Part shown: positions 42,299 to 51,427 of the stretch, piece after piece
Position numbering within the stretch: position 1 is the stretch's first letter
Layout: every line of letters begins with the position of its first letter
DNA from: Thalassotalea sp.
GTDB lineage: Bacteria > Pseudomonadota > Gammaproteobacteria > Enterobacterales > Alteromonadaceae
DNA length: 64,000 nucleotides
Direction of reading: 5' to 3'
NCBI GenBank assembly: GCA_029237915.1
Contig: JAQWHD010000042.1
Location: 2,929-66,928 of the forward strand
Program-made: the position numbers and the translations under genes
Notes under the pieces: model-generated
Seen by the model: only the letters and a program-made list of their open reading frames with translations
Databases searched by the model: none
Told to the model about the DNA's origin: nothing

Positions 42299-43353
42299 GC
42301 CAAACACAAGATAAAGAAACTTACCAACAGCAAATTTTATTTGCCGATGCTGACGCTAAAAAAACAGAGCAAGCGTTTGCCTCTGCGGGCTTAAATGAAG
42401 ATAACCAAGCCAGTATAAATCAGGTGGTTTTGCCTGAAGCTGCTTGGCAACCAATTGATGAAGTCTTTGATGAAGATATTAATCCGTTGCCACCGTCAAA
42501 ACCTAACTGGTTATTACGGTTAACCGGCGCGTCTTTTGCTGGTTTATTAACGTATGAATTAGTGGACTTCTTTATTCAGGGTTTTACTACTTCGCCAATC
42601 ATTACCGCAATTTATGCGGTGTTTTTTGGCTCTGTTGCCGCAATAGCCTCACTGGCGTTATTTAAAGAGTTACGCGGTCTTGCCCAGTTTAAAAGGCAAA
42701 GCAACACCCAGCAAAAAGCTAGCTTGTTATTAGCCAATGAAACTAACTTTGATAGTGTCAATTTTTGTCAGAAGATATCAACCAGGCTTCCTTCAGATGC
42801 TATTACTGAGCAGCAAGCTATTTGGCTAGAGTCGTTAACGGATGAGTTAACAGAGCAAGAGATCATGACGTTATATTCGCGTTTGGTGATGAGCAAAGTT
42901 GATCAGCAAGCACTGGCGCAAATCGCTAAGTTTTCAACTGAGGCGGTAGTCTTAGTTGCCGTAAGTCCTGTAGCAATAATAGATATGCTGGTATTGATGT
43001 GGCGTAATTTGCGCATGATCGACAAAATTGCTGGCTTATACGGTATTCGCTTAGGCTATTGGAGTCGCATAAAGCTTATTAAGCAGGTATTTACTAACAT
43101 GGTTTATGCTGGTGCCAGTGAGATCATTGCCGATGTTGGCGTGGAAATGCTTGGTATTGAAACGCTAGGGCGCTTATCAACTCGTGTGGCGCAGGGCCTA
43201 GGGGCAGGGATGTTAACCGCTCGATTAGGGATTAAAACATTAAAGCTATGCCGACCAATTCCATTTACCGAAACTGCGCCGGGTATTACTCAAGTTCGCC
43301 AAGAAGTCATCAGCCAAGTTAAAGCCTTATTGGCGGATAAGGTTGGCAAGTAA
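42295..43353 (+). CDS. ycjF: YcjF (TIGR01620/DUF697) membrane protein
   Basis: AVSPVAIIDM, QGLGAGMLTARLG..LCRPIPF; overlaps the ycjX stop. Confidence 0.92.
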   Translation: MSQTQDKETYQQQILFADADAKKTEQAFASAGLNEDNQASINQVVLPEAAWQPIDEVFDEDINPLPPSKPNWLLRLTGASFAGLLTYELVDFFIQGFTTSPIITAIYAVFFGSVAAIASLALFKELRGLAQFKRQSNTQQKASLLLANETNFDSVNFCQKISTRLPSDAITEQQAIWLESLTDELTEQEIMTLYSRLVMSKVDQQALAQIAKFSTEAVVLVAVSPVAIIDMLVLMWRNLRMIDKIAGLYGIRLGYWSRIKLIKQVFTNMVYAGASEIIADVGVEMLGIETLGRLSTRVAQGLGAGMLTARLGIKTLKLCRPIPFTETAPGITQVRQEVISQVKALLADKVGK

Positions 43354-43508
43354 GCGCATTTTATCAAATAGTATACTCTAAGCCCCATACCCTGTGGGGC
43401 AAACAACATTTTTAGGTCTATATGATTACACCTAACTCCACATCTTGTGGCTGCTCCTATTGTTAAGTTTCTTGTTTTATTAAGTATTATTCACACCGCC
43501 AAGCACAC

Positions 43509-43526
43509 TGTAACATTTTCCTTACA
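43509..43526 (+). promoter_or_regulatory. Probable TyrR/PhhR box upstream of phhA
   Basis: TGTAAC-N6-CTTACA vs consensus TGTAAA-N6-TTTACA. Confidence 0.65.
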
Positions 43527-43651
43527 ACTTTCAGTTTCGTACAAAAATCAATCAAACTTGTTTGGTATGAATTAGCGGCTGCATTTCATAGTATGAAGGC
43601 ATAGCTAAAAAATATGCACGAACGGTGCAATCAATAGGAGTAGACTTAGCC

Positions 43652-44446
43652 ATGGCAAAGACTACCAAGTACATATCAAAAGCCGCCGATGAAAACGGCA
43701 ATATTTTCTGGAGTGAGCAAGAAAATAAAATTTGGCAGCAACTTTATACTAGGCAAATAGCTTGTATTAAAGATAAAGCCTGTGATGAATTTATTTCAGG
43801 ATTAGAGCTGCTTAATTTACCAACAACACATATTCCGCAACTCGCAGATGTCAGTAAAGTACTTATGCAAACCACAGGTTGGCAATGTCATCAAGTACCC
43901 GCATTAATTGGTTTTGGTGAGTTCTTTAAACTGTTATCACAAAGAAAGTTTCCAGTAGCTACGTTTATTAGAGACGAGAGCGAATTAGATTATTTACAAG
44001 AGCCAGATATATTTCATGAAATATTTGGCCATTGTCCGTTACTGACTAACCCTGCTTTTGCTGACTTTACCCAAGCTTATGGCGAAGTCGGTTTAAAGGC
44101 GAGTAAAGAAGACCGAGTTTACTTGGCCCGTTTATATTGGTTCACCATTGAATTTGGTTTAATGCAGACCGAGCATGGTTTAAAAATTTATGGTGGCGGC
44201 ATATTATCCTCACCCGGTGAAACCTTATATGCAATGCATGATGCCAATGTGCAACGCAAGATGTTAGATGTTGTAGATGTGCTTAGAACGCCGTATCGAA
44301 TCGATATTATGCAACCAATTTATTTTATGATTGAGCGCATGAGTCAACTTGATGATATCCGCGGCCTTGATCTAATGAATTTAGTTGAACAAGCACAAAC
44401 ATTAGGTTTACACACGCCATTATTTCCTGAAAAAAAAATAGCTTAA
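43652..44446 (+). CDS. phhA: Phenylalanine 4-monooxygenase
   Basis: EPDIFHEIFGHCPLL, LARLYWFTIEFGL, YGGGILSS; ATG 43652 after AGGAG. Confidence 0.96.
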   Translation: MAKTTKYISKAADENGNIFWSEQENKIWQQLYTRQIACIKDKACDEFISGLELLNLPTTHIPQLADVSKVLMQTTGWQCHQVPALIGFGEFFKLLSQRKFPVATFIRDESELDYLQEPDIFHEIFGHCPLLTNPAFADFTQAYGEVGLKASKEDRVYLARLYWFTIEFGLMQTEHGLKIYGGGILSSPGETLYAMHDANVQRKMLDVVDVLRTPYRIDIMQPIYFMIERMSQLDDIRGLDLMNLVEQAQTLGLHTPLFPEKKIA

Positions 44447-44476
44447 AGATAGCTACGTTAAAAGAGAATACATACC

Positions 44477-44815
44477 ATGACGACCACACTAGAAAATCAA
44501 AAATGCATAGCTTGTAGCGGTGAAGCACCAAAAGTAAGCGAACAAGAGCTTGGCGAACTAATATCACAAATTCCTGACTGGGTACCAGAAGTAAGAGATG
44601 GGGTAATGATGTTAGAGCGAGTGTTTAAATTTAAAAACTTTAAACTGGCATTAGAGTTTACCAATAAAGTGGCTGAGCTTGCTGAAGCTGAATTTCACCA
44701 CCCAGCTATTACCACGGAATGGGGTAAGGTTACCGTAACTTGGTGGACCCACGCCATTGGCGGTTTACATCAAAATGACTTTATCTGCGCGGCTAAAACC
44801 GACTCATTAGTGTAA
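44477..44815 (+). CDS. phhB: Pterin-4-alpha-carbinolamine dehydratase
   Basis: [19 protein letters not shown]...[10 protein letters not shown]. Confidence 0.95.
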   Translation: MTTTLENQKCIACSGEAPKVSEQELGELISQIPDWVPEVRDGVMMLERVFKFKNFKLALEFTNKVAELAEAEFHHPAITTEWGKVTVTWWTHAIGGLHQNDFICAAKTDSLV

Positions 44816-44874
44816 AACAAGCTAAAATTTATCTTTTTTTTATAAAAACTTATCTTTTTTTATAAAAATTTAAC

Positions 44875-44912
44875 AAGACTTCTAATATCTATTGGTATTA
44901 GAAGTCTTTTTT
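44875..44912 (+). terminator. Terminator after phhB
   Basis: aagacttctaata-tctattgg-tattagaagtctt plus T run. Confidence 0.8.
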
Positions 44913-44914
44913 GT

Positions 44915-44932
44915 TGTAAAATTAACTTTACG
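44915..44932 (+). promoter_or_regulatory. TyrR box upstream of tyrR (autoregulation)
   Basis: TGTAAA-ATTAAC-TTTACG, one mismatch to consensus. Confidence 0.75.
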
Positions 44933-44960
44933 AAATTTATGTTGAGATCGAGAACATGAC

Positions 44961-46511
44961 ATGCGCTTAGAAATTACCTGCGAAGATAGAGTTGGTATAG
45001 CAAAAGAAGTGTTGGCTATATTTGTAGAACAAGAAATAAACCTTAAAGGTATTGATGCAATAACCCAAACAGGGCAGATTTATGTGCATATTCCTGATTT
45101 AGAATTTAGCCAGTTACAAACCTTCATGCCACAATTACGCCTTCTTGATGGTGTTGTCGATGTAAAAACTACCGCGTATATGCCATCAGAGCGTGAGCGC
45201 AATGTGTTAGAAACTATCGTGCGTACTTTACCTGATCCATTAATTTCCATTGATGCGAAAGCCAATGTTTATGGGTTTAATGATGTTGCTCAGCAAAAAA
45301 TTGGTTTAGCTCCAATCGATATTATTGGTGAACCAATTAGCCAGTGGCTCAAAGGTTTTAATTTTTCCCGTTACATAGATAATGAAGAGGTCTTAGCACA
45401 AACACGCAAACTTAAGTTTCTTGATGACGATTACGTTGCCGATATTTTACCTGTTTATGTGGCAGGCGAAAATGATGAAAAAGTTATTGCTGGTGTGCTA
45501 ATTATGCTTAAATCTGAGCACCGACTTGGTCAGCAGATGAATGCCTTTCGTCACCCTAAAGATAACGACTTTAAAGGTGTACAAGCTAACTCTCCGGTTA
45601 TGCGCAAAATTTTACGTGAAGCAAAGCGCATGGCTAATTTAGATTCATCCATTCTTATCGCCGGTGAAACTGGAACAGGTAAAGAGCTGATCGCTCGCTC
45701 TTGTCATAATGCTAGTGAACGCGCTGAATCGCCATTTATTGTACTTAACTGCGCATCCTTGCCTGATGATGCCTCGGAAAGCGAATTGTTCGGCCGCAGT
45801 TTAGTAAACGGTAAAAGTAAAAAAGGCATACTTGAGTTGGCCGATGGTGGCACTATCTTTCTTGACGAAGTGGCTGAAATGTCTAATAAGCTGCAATCTA
45901 AATTAATTAGAGTGCTTGAAGATGGCAGCTTCCGCCGAATAGATGACGAAAATGAAATTAAGGTTAATATCCGCTTTATAAGTTCCACCAATAAAGATTT
46001 ATTAACTTTAGTTGAAAACGGTAGTTTCAGGGAAGATTTATACTATAGGCTAAATGTTTTAGGCTTAAATATCCCGCCGCTGCGCGAACGACGCCAAGAT
46101 ATTTTACCACTAGCAGATAGCTTTATTTATAAAGCTGCGCAATTAAACCTGCGCAGTAACGTTAGTTTCGATAAAAACTGTGCCGATTTCGTTGAGCATT
46201 ATCCATGGCCTGGTAATGTTCGCCAACTTGAAAACGTGCTATTACAAGCGGTGTCTTTACTCGATGGCAATGTGATCAGTATTGCCCACTTGCAGCTACC
46301 TAATTACACCAAAGATCATGGCTACTTAGAGCAAGACTTTACTGGTACATTAGATGAAGCGGTAAAAGGCTTTGAAGCTGATTTGTTACGAAAACTTTAT
46401 CCTGCATACCCAAGCACACGCCAATTAGCGAAAAAGTTGGGTTTAAGTCATACCGCAATTGCCAATAAACTGCGCGAGTATAATATTAATAAAAAAACAG
46501 TAAAAATTTAA
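44961..46511 (+). CDS. tyrR: Transcriptional regulator TyrR/PhhR
   Basis: MRLEITCEDRVGI (ACT), PAS, GETGTGKE, SELFG lacking GAFTGA, C-terminal YPSTRQLAKKLGLSHTAIANKLREY. Confidence 0.96.
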   Translation: MRLEITCEDRVGIAKEVLAIFVEQEINLKGIDAITQTGQIYVHIPDLEFSQLQTFMPQLRLLDGVVDVKTTAYMPSERERNVLETIVRTLPDPLISIDAKANVYGFNDVAQQKIGLAPIDIIGEPISQWLKGFNFSRYIDNEEVLAQTRKLKFLDDDYVADILPVYVAGENDEKVIAGVLIMLKSEHRLGQQMNAFRHPKDNDFKGVQANSPVMRKILREAKRMANLDSSILIAGETGTGKELIARSCHNASERAESPFIVLNCASLPDDASESELFGRSLVNGKSKKGILELADGGTIFLDEVAEMSNKLQSKLIRVLEDGSFRRIDDENEIKVNIRFISSTNKDLLTLVENGSFREDLYYRLNVLGLNIPPLRERRQDILPLADSFIYKAAQLNLRSNVSFDKNCADFVEHYPWPGNVRQLENVLLQAVSLLDGNVISIAHLQLPNYTKDHGYLEQDFTGTLDEAVKGFEADLLRKLYPAYPSTRQLAKKLGLSHTAIANKLREYNINKKTVKI

Positions 46512-46559
46512 CCGACGACTACTCTGTTGCTAAATTACTGATTAAATAAACGAGTTATT

Positions 46560-47201
46560 ATGATCACATTATATGGTTACTGGCGTTCATCTGCCGCCTA
46601 TCGAGTCCGTATTGCTTTAAATTTAAAGCAACTAGAATTTCAACAGGAATTTGTCCACTTAGTTAAAGGCGGGGGCGAGCAGCATAGTAAAGAGTACGCA
46701 GAGTTAAACCCTGCGCACTTAGTGCCGACTTTAATCGATGGTGATTTTACCCTCAACCAGTCACTCGCTATTATTGACTATTTAGACGAGCAATACCCAA
46801 ATACAAGCTTATATCCGGCGGATCTAAAACAAAAAGCCACAAGCAAAGCATTAGTGTTAGATATTGCTTGTGAAATACACCCAATAAATAACCTAAGAGT
46901 TCAACAATACCTCAGTACTGAACTGCAAGCTAATGACCAACAAAAACTCGCGTGGATGAACCATTGGATGGGTATTGGCTTTAGTGCACTTGAAAGCAGA
47001 TTAGCGCAAACATCGGGTAAGTATTGCGTTAAAGATGACATCACTGTTGCCGATCTGTGCTTGGTGCCGCAGGTTTATAATGCTAAGCGTTTTAATATTG
47101 ATATGTCAGCGTTTACAAATATTAATCGCATTGTTGATAACTGTAATCAGCTGCAAGCATTTATCGATGCGCTGCCTGAAAATCAACTCGACGCGGTATA
47201 A
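46560..47201 (+). CDS. maiA: Maleylacetoacetate isomerase (GST zeta)
   Basis: LYGYWRSSAAYRVRIALNLK, ACEIHPINNL, ADLCLVPQVYNA. Confidence 0.94.
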   Translation: MITLYGYWRSSAAYRVRIALNLKQLEFQQEFVHLVKGGGEQHSKEYAELNPAHLVPTLIDGDFTLNQSLAIIDYLDEQYPNTSLYPADLKQKATSKALVLDIACEIHPINNLRVQQYLSTELQANDQQKLAWMNHWMGIGFSALESRLAQTSGKYCVKDDITVADLCLVPQVYNAKRFNIDMSAFTNINRIVDNCNQLQAFIDALPENQLDAV

Positions 47202-47293
47202 ATTCTAAGCTGCTAATAAAGGCAATGCTACTATCAAAATAGCACGCTATTAACTATGCTTAGCAACAATAATTAAATTTTTCAGAGGTGTGT

Positions 47294-48184
47294 GTGTCTG
47301 ACAATCTATCTTCAATCAATAATGAAACACCATCAGCAAATGGTAAAAATTCTGCCGTGTTTGCTATTATCGCTATCGTGGTTGTCGCGACATTTATCTA
47401 TCTATTTTTCTTTAAAAATGAAGCAGAGATAGTTAGCCCTGAGCCAGAGATTGTTGTGGTAGAAGCACCTGTTTACGTTGACCCTGAGCCGGCGATTGTA
47501 GAGGTTGTCGAAGAGGAGGTTGTTGAACAAGTTGTCATCGAACCGGTAACCGTAAAAGAGCCGATAATATTACCTGAACTTGATCAAAGTGATGAACATG
47601 TAAAAGCAGGCGTTGCGGCCATGTCTTGGCGCAAAGAGTTACTTACATTATTGGTTACCGACGACTTGATTAGAAGGGTAGTTGTATTTACCGATAATTT
47701 TGCCCAAGGGGACGTTGCTTATTCACATCTGCCTTTAGAGCCACTGCCAGAGCATTTTGCTGCAAATCAAAATGAGCCAGAGGCAAGCGCCCCAGCAATT
47801 GCTGATACCTTTGTTATGGCTGGCGATAATGAGCTTCGTTATAAACAATACATTGAATTATTGCACTCATTTGAGCCGAAAGCGCTGGCTGATTACTTTA
47901 ACGAAAATAAGCCACTATTTGAACAAGCCTACGCGGAATTAGGCTATGGCGATAAACCCTTTGAGCAAGCTTTGCAACAGGCATTAAATCGAATACTCGA
48001 TATTCAACTTGTTAATACCGAACAAGCGTTAGTAAGACCAAGTGTTGTTTATAAATATCAACAAGCAGAGCTGGAGCAGTTACCCGCAGCCGATAAATTT
48101 TTATTACGCTTAGGCAAGGAAAATTTACTGCAGCTTAAAGCCATAGCGCTTGAATTAAACAATCAACTGCAGTTGTCGCAGTAA
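47294..48184 (+). CDS. DUF3014 family membrane-anchored protein
   Basis: N-terminal TM, P/E/V-rich linker, LPELDQSD, FEQAYAELGY, QKFLLR-like KFLLRLG; exact start uncertain. Confidence 0.75.
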   Translation: MSDNLSSINNETPSANGKNSAVFAIIAIVVVATFIYLFFFKNEAEIVSPEPEIVVVEAPVYVDPEPAIVEVVEEEVVEQVVIEPVTVKEPIILPELDQSDEHVKAGVAAMSWRKELLTLLVTDDLIRRVVVFTDNFAQGDVAYSHLPLEPLPEHFAANQNEPEASAPAIADTFVMAGDNELRYKQYIELLHSFEPKALADYFNENKPLFEQAYAELGYGDKPFEQALQQALNRILDIQLVNTEQALVRPSVVYKYQQAELEQLPAADKFLLRLGKENLLQLKAIALELNNQLQLSQ

Positions 48185-48239
48185 TTCAAGTAATCAAATT
48201 GCTATTAGTTAACATGAGTTATTAGCGTTTTTAGCACTT

Positions 48240-48830
48240 ATGATGCAACCAATAAAACAACTACCTAATAATATACCCAGAGCCAACAATGTGTTGGCGG
48301 CTTGGTTTGCGCAACAAGCTCTGCGAATAACTGGTTGGCAAGTCGTTGGTGTAATTCCTGATGAGCCGAAGTTGATTTTTGCGGTAGCGCCGCATACTTC
48401 TAACTGGGATTTTATCCTTGGTTTATTAGTTAAATACGCGTTTAATTTAAAGGTTAACTTTCTAGGTAAAGATTCAATCTTCGTGTGGCCATTTAGTATT
48501 TGGTTAAAGTCGGTTGGTGGTATCGCGGTTGAGCGCAGTAATGCACACGGTGTCGTTAAGCAAATTGTTAAAGAATTTAGCAAACAACCACAACTTATTT
48601 TAGGTCTAGCCCCCGAGGGTACTCGCAGTAAAGTTGGCAAGTGGAAAACTGGATTCTTACATATAGCAAAGCAAGCAAATATTCCTGTAGTGCCTGTACA
48701 ACTGAACTTTAAGCATAAACAAGTAATGTTTTTTGAAAAGCGAATGATAACCGCAGCGATTGATGATGAACTGCAACAAATGCAGAATTTATTTAGCGCG
48801 GATTGTGCAAAAAAACCGCAAAACTTCTGA
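48240..48830 (+). CDS. Lysophospholipid acyltransferase family protein
   Basis: APHTSNWDF (HxxxxD), LAPEGTRS, TGFLHIA. Confidence 0.9.
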   Translation: MMQPIKQLPNNIPRANNVLAAWFAQQALRITGWQVVGVIPDEPKLIFAVAPHTSNWDFILGLLVKYAFNLKVNFLGKDSIFVWPFSIWLKSVGGIAVERSNAHGVVKQIVKEFSKQPQLILGLAPEGTRSKVGKWKTGFLHIAKQANIPVVPVQLNFKHKQVMFFEKRMITAAIDDELQQMQNLFSADCAKKPQNF

Positions 48831-48888
48831 ACATTTTAAATAAGTTTGAACATTTTAATATTTCTTCACTAAATATTAAGATTTGGGG

Positions 48889-48917
48889 TTGCAACCGTTA
48901 AAACAATTCGCCATAAT
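48889..48917 (+). promoter_or_regulatory. Sigma70 promoter of ffs
   Basis: TTGCAA-17 nt-CATAAT. Confidence 0.7.
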
Positions 48918-48946
48918 CCAATCCGCTGTAAACATACAGCCGTTAT

Positions 48947-49059
48947 GGTGCCTCTCTTGGTCCTCTCGCAATGATACTCTGTGAACTCGGCCAGGTCCGG
49001 AAGGAAGCAACCGCAGCAGACGACTCATGTGCCGGGATGTGGCTGAGAGAGGGGCCACC
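48947..49059 (+). ncRNA. ffs: Signal recognition particle 4.5S RNA
   Basis: Conserved caggtccggaaggaagca and tgtgccgggatgt; terminal stem ggtg.cctctct/agagagg..cacc. Confidence 0.96.
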
Positions 49060-49109
49060 CAATTACACCTACTGATACTTCATCATAATATCTACAGCAT
49101 CATAATTGC

Positions 49110-49141
49110 CTAGAAAACTAGAAAACTAGAAAACTAGAAAA
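49110..49141. repeat. Octamer tandem repeat (CTAGAAAA)x4
   Basis: Four perfect copies. Confidence 0.9.
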
Positions 49142-49283
49142 CCCTAATACCATTAGCTAAAAAATCGCGCTATATTCAAGCCTATAACTCAAATACGACG
49201 CCATAGTTTCAAGTTCCTAATTCCTATTCTTCTATCATTAAACCTAGCTCTATCTTAAACCGAGAATCAAAAATGACGCCATC

Positions 49284-49388
49284 GTACCTAGTACCTAGTA
49301 CCTAGCATCTAGTACCTAGTTCCTAGCATCTAGTACCTAATTCCTAGCATCTAGTACCTAGTTCCTAGCATCTAGTACCTAATTCCTA
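49284..49388. repeat. Heptamer tandem array, 15 units with 21/42-bp higher order
   Basis: Units gtaccta/gcatcta/gttccta/attccta. Confidence 0.92.
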
Positions 49389-50015
49389 TCTCATCTTCTC
49401 ACTGATCTCTATTTGCTTTTCAATATCCGATATCGCTTTTCTACAACGTCCTAAGCGTTGATGTAAAGTCAAAACTTCCATTTGTAATGCACTGGTATCT
49501 TGGCTTTTACTGTTATTGAGTTGCATTTGCTTGGTGCTAAGCATTTCTTGTAAACGGCGCTCAAAACCATGGGTTTCAGCAAGTTTTGCATGCAACTGAT
49601 GACTTGGCATCATTATGGTTTTAACCGCTTTTTGATAAACCTTAGACTGTTTTTTAGCACTCAAACGTTTGCGTCTATTAAGTTGATACTCGCTATCATG
49701 ATGGCGCGAGTCATTAGACTTTAATGCGGTAATTAAAGACAGTATTTGCTCTTCAAGTTGCACCATAAGCGCATCACTAAATTCGTCATGGTTAGTGGTT
49801 AATAATTTCTTTAAATGTACCACTCGGCTTTGTGCGTACTTTACGTAAGCACTAAAGTTTGCACTTACGATCGGAAATAACTTCTCATCAAAAACAGGCT
49901 TGTCTTGTAGGTAGTAGTGAGATTTGTCTTGTTTATTTTGAGCATCGACTTGTTTCGCATCAATGGCGAGTTGTTGCAACAAGGTATCTAATCGGTTTAA
50001 TGCATTTACGTTCAT
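49386..50015 (-). CDS. priC: Primosomal replication protein PriC
   Basis: FDEKLF, HGFERRL..ML, HQRLGRCRKAISDIE. Confidence 0.82.
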   Translation of the reverse strand: MNVNALNRLDTLLQQLAIDAKQVDAQNKQDKSHYYLQDKPVFDEKLFPIVSANFSAYVKYAQSRVVHLKKLLTTNHDEFSDALMVQLEEQILSLITALKSNDSRHHDSEYQLNRRKRLSAKKQSKVYQKAVKTIMMPSHQLHAKLAETHGFERRLQEMLSTKQMQLNNSKSQDTSALQMEVLTLHQRLGRCRKAISDIEKQIEISEKMR

Positions 50016-50111
50016 GACTAACTCTATTATTGAGTGCGGTTAGGGAAGCGTTTAAATATTAACATAGCAAACTTTAAACTGATATTGCGATATGACTAAT
50101 TAGTTTAATCA

Positions 50112-50888
50112 CTAAAACCAAGCGTTATAGGCAAGTTTGGTCGCCATTATCACCACTACGCCAATAAAAATTGGACGAATAAACTTACTGCCATACTTTA
50201 TTGCTGAGTGAGCGCCAATCCAAGACCCTATGACCATGAACAAACCCATGGCTAAGCCCAAAACAAAATCGACTTGTCCAAGTACAACAAATACCAAAAG
50301 TGATACCGCATTACTAATAAAGTTCATGCTTCGGGCTAAACCTGAACTTAATAAAATGTTCATTTTATACAGGCTCAAAGATGAAACTGTCCAAAACGTG
50401 CCTGTACCAGGACCAGCAAACCCATCATAAAAGCCTAATGCAAAGCCTTGTATAGATTGTTTTAAGCGTAACAATAAACCTGTTTGGGGTAGGGCCGTTG
50501 AATCATTAACACAACCTTTTGAAAATAAGGTATAGACAGCGCATAGTAAAATAATGATAGGTAAAAACTTATTAAGAGCCTCGGCGCTTATAACGTTAAC
50601 AACTATAGTGCCAATCAAGGCGCCTATTGCTGTGGCAATGGCCGCCAACAACCAAAAAATAGGGTTAAATAATTTCTTGCGATAAAACGTAACCGAAGCG
50701 GTTAGTGAGCCAAAACATGCAGATAGTTTATTGGTGCCTAAGGCAATGTGCGGTGGTAAACCTGAGGTAAGTAAAACCGGCACCGTTAATAAACCTCCGC
50801 CACCGGCAATAGCGTCAATAAAACCGGCTAAAAAGCCAACTAAAGATAGGGTAATTAATAGGTTAGGATCGGAAAATAATTCAAACAT
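50112..50888 (-). CDS. TSUP (TauE/SafE, YfcA-like) transporter
   Basis: AGFIDAIAGGGGLL, ALGTNKL, GFYDGFAGPGTG. Confidence 0.9.
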   Translation of the reverse strand: MFELFSDPNLLITLSLVGFLAGFIDAIAGGGGLLTVPVLLTSGLPPHIALGTNKLSACFGSLTASVTFYRKKLFNPIFWLLAAIATAIGALIGTIVVNVISAEALNKFLPIIILLCAVYTLFSKGCVNDSTALPQTGLLLRLKQSIQGFALGFYDGFAGPGTGTFWTVSSLSLYKMNILLSSGLARSMNFISNAVSLLVFVVLGQVDFVLGLAMGLFMVIGSWIGAHSAIKYGSKFIRPIFIGVVVIMATKLAYNAWF

Positions 50889-51427
50889 CAATGTGAGTAC
50901 TTAAAAGCCAAATAATAGTCAGTGAAAACATTTGTAGAGTGACGTAAAGACCCTAAAAAAGCTAGGTATTTATTATACTTTTAATAAAGCCTGTGTGTTT
51001 TTTGTTCTAAAAGAAGAAAGTTTTCATTTTTATTGATGAAAATAATTAACCTGTAACAAAAAATTGACATACATTTATCGCTTTTGCATTTTATTTAAAA
51101 TTAAAACTATATGGGTCAATTGGTTATGTGCGGTTATTGGTTATTCCTTATGTGCATAAGGAGATGGGTGAATCTTTATTTTGTGAATTTAAATCTATTT
51201 TTGTTGGTTAATTATTCAGAAGTGGTGGGGGTAAATGTTATTAAGTGTATTCGAAAGGTAAAAAATATTAACTTAATGTAATTTATGTAGTTGACCTGTT
51301 AAAGAGAATCGTTTTATTATCACTGTCGACAGATCAGGTCTAAACGCCTAATTAAAAAAATAAAGAAGCAACATAGCTTCGACAATATTAACAATAGAAT
51401 CACTTAATAGTGGTCCAGGGAGTAAAC

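Noticed and set aside
48876-49058. 60-aa ORF on the minus strand
   Set aside because: Antisense to the SRP RNA gene.
50892-51427. Riboswitch (e.g. cobalamin) or Fur box upstream of the receptor
   Set aside because: No B12-box, other aptamer core or convincing GATAATGATAATCATTATC match seen in this AT-rich spacer.
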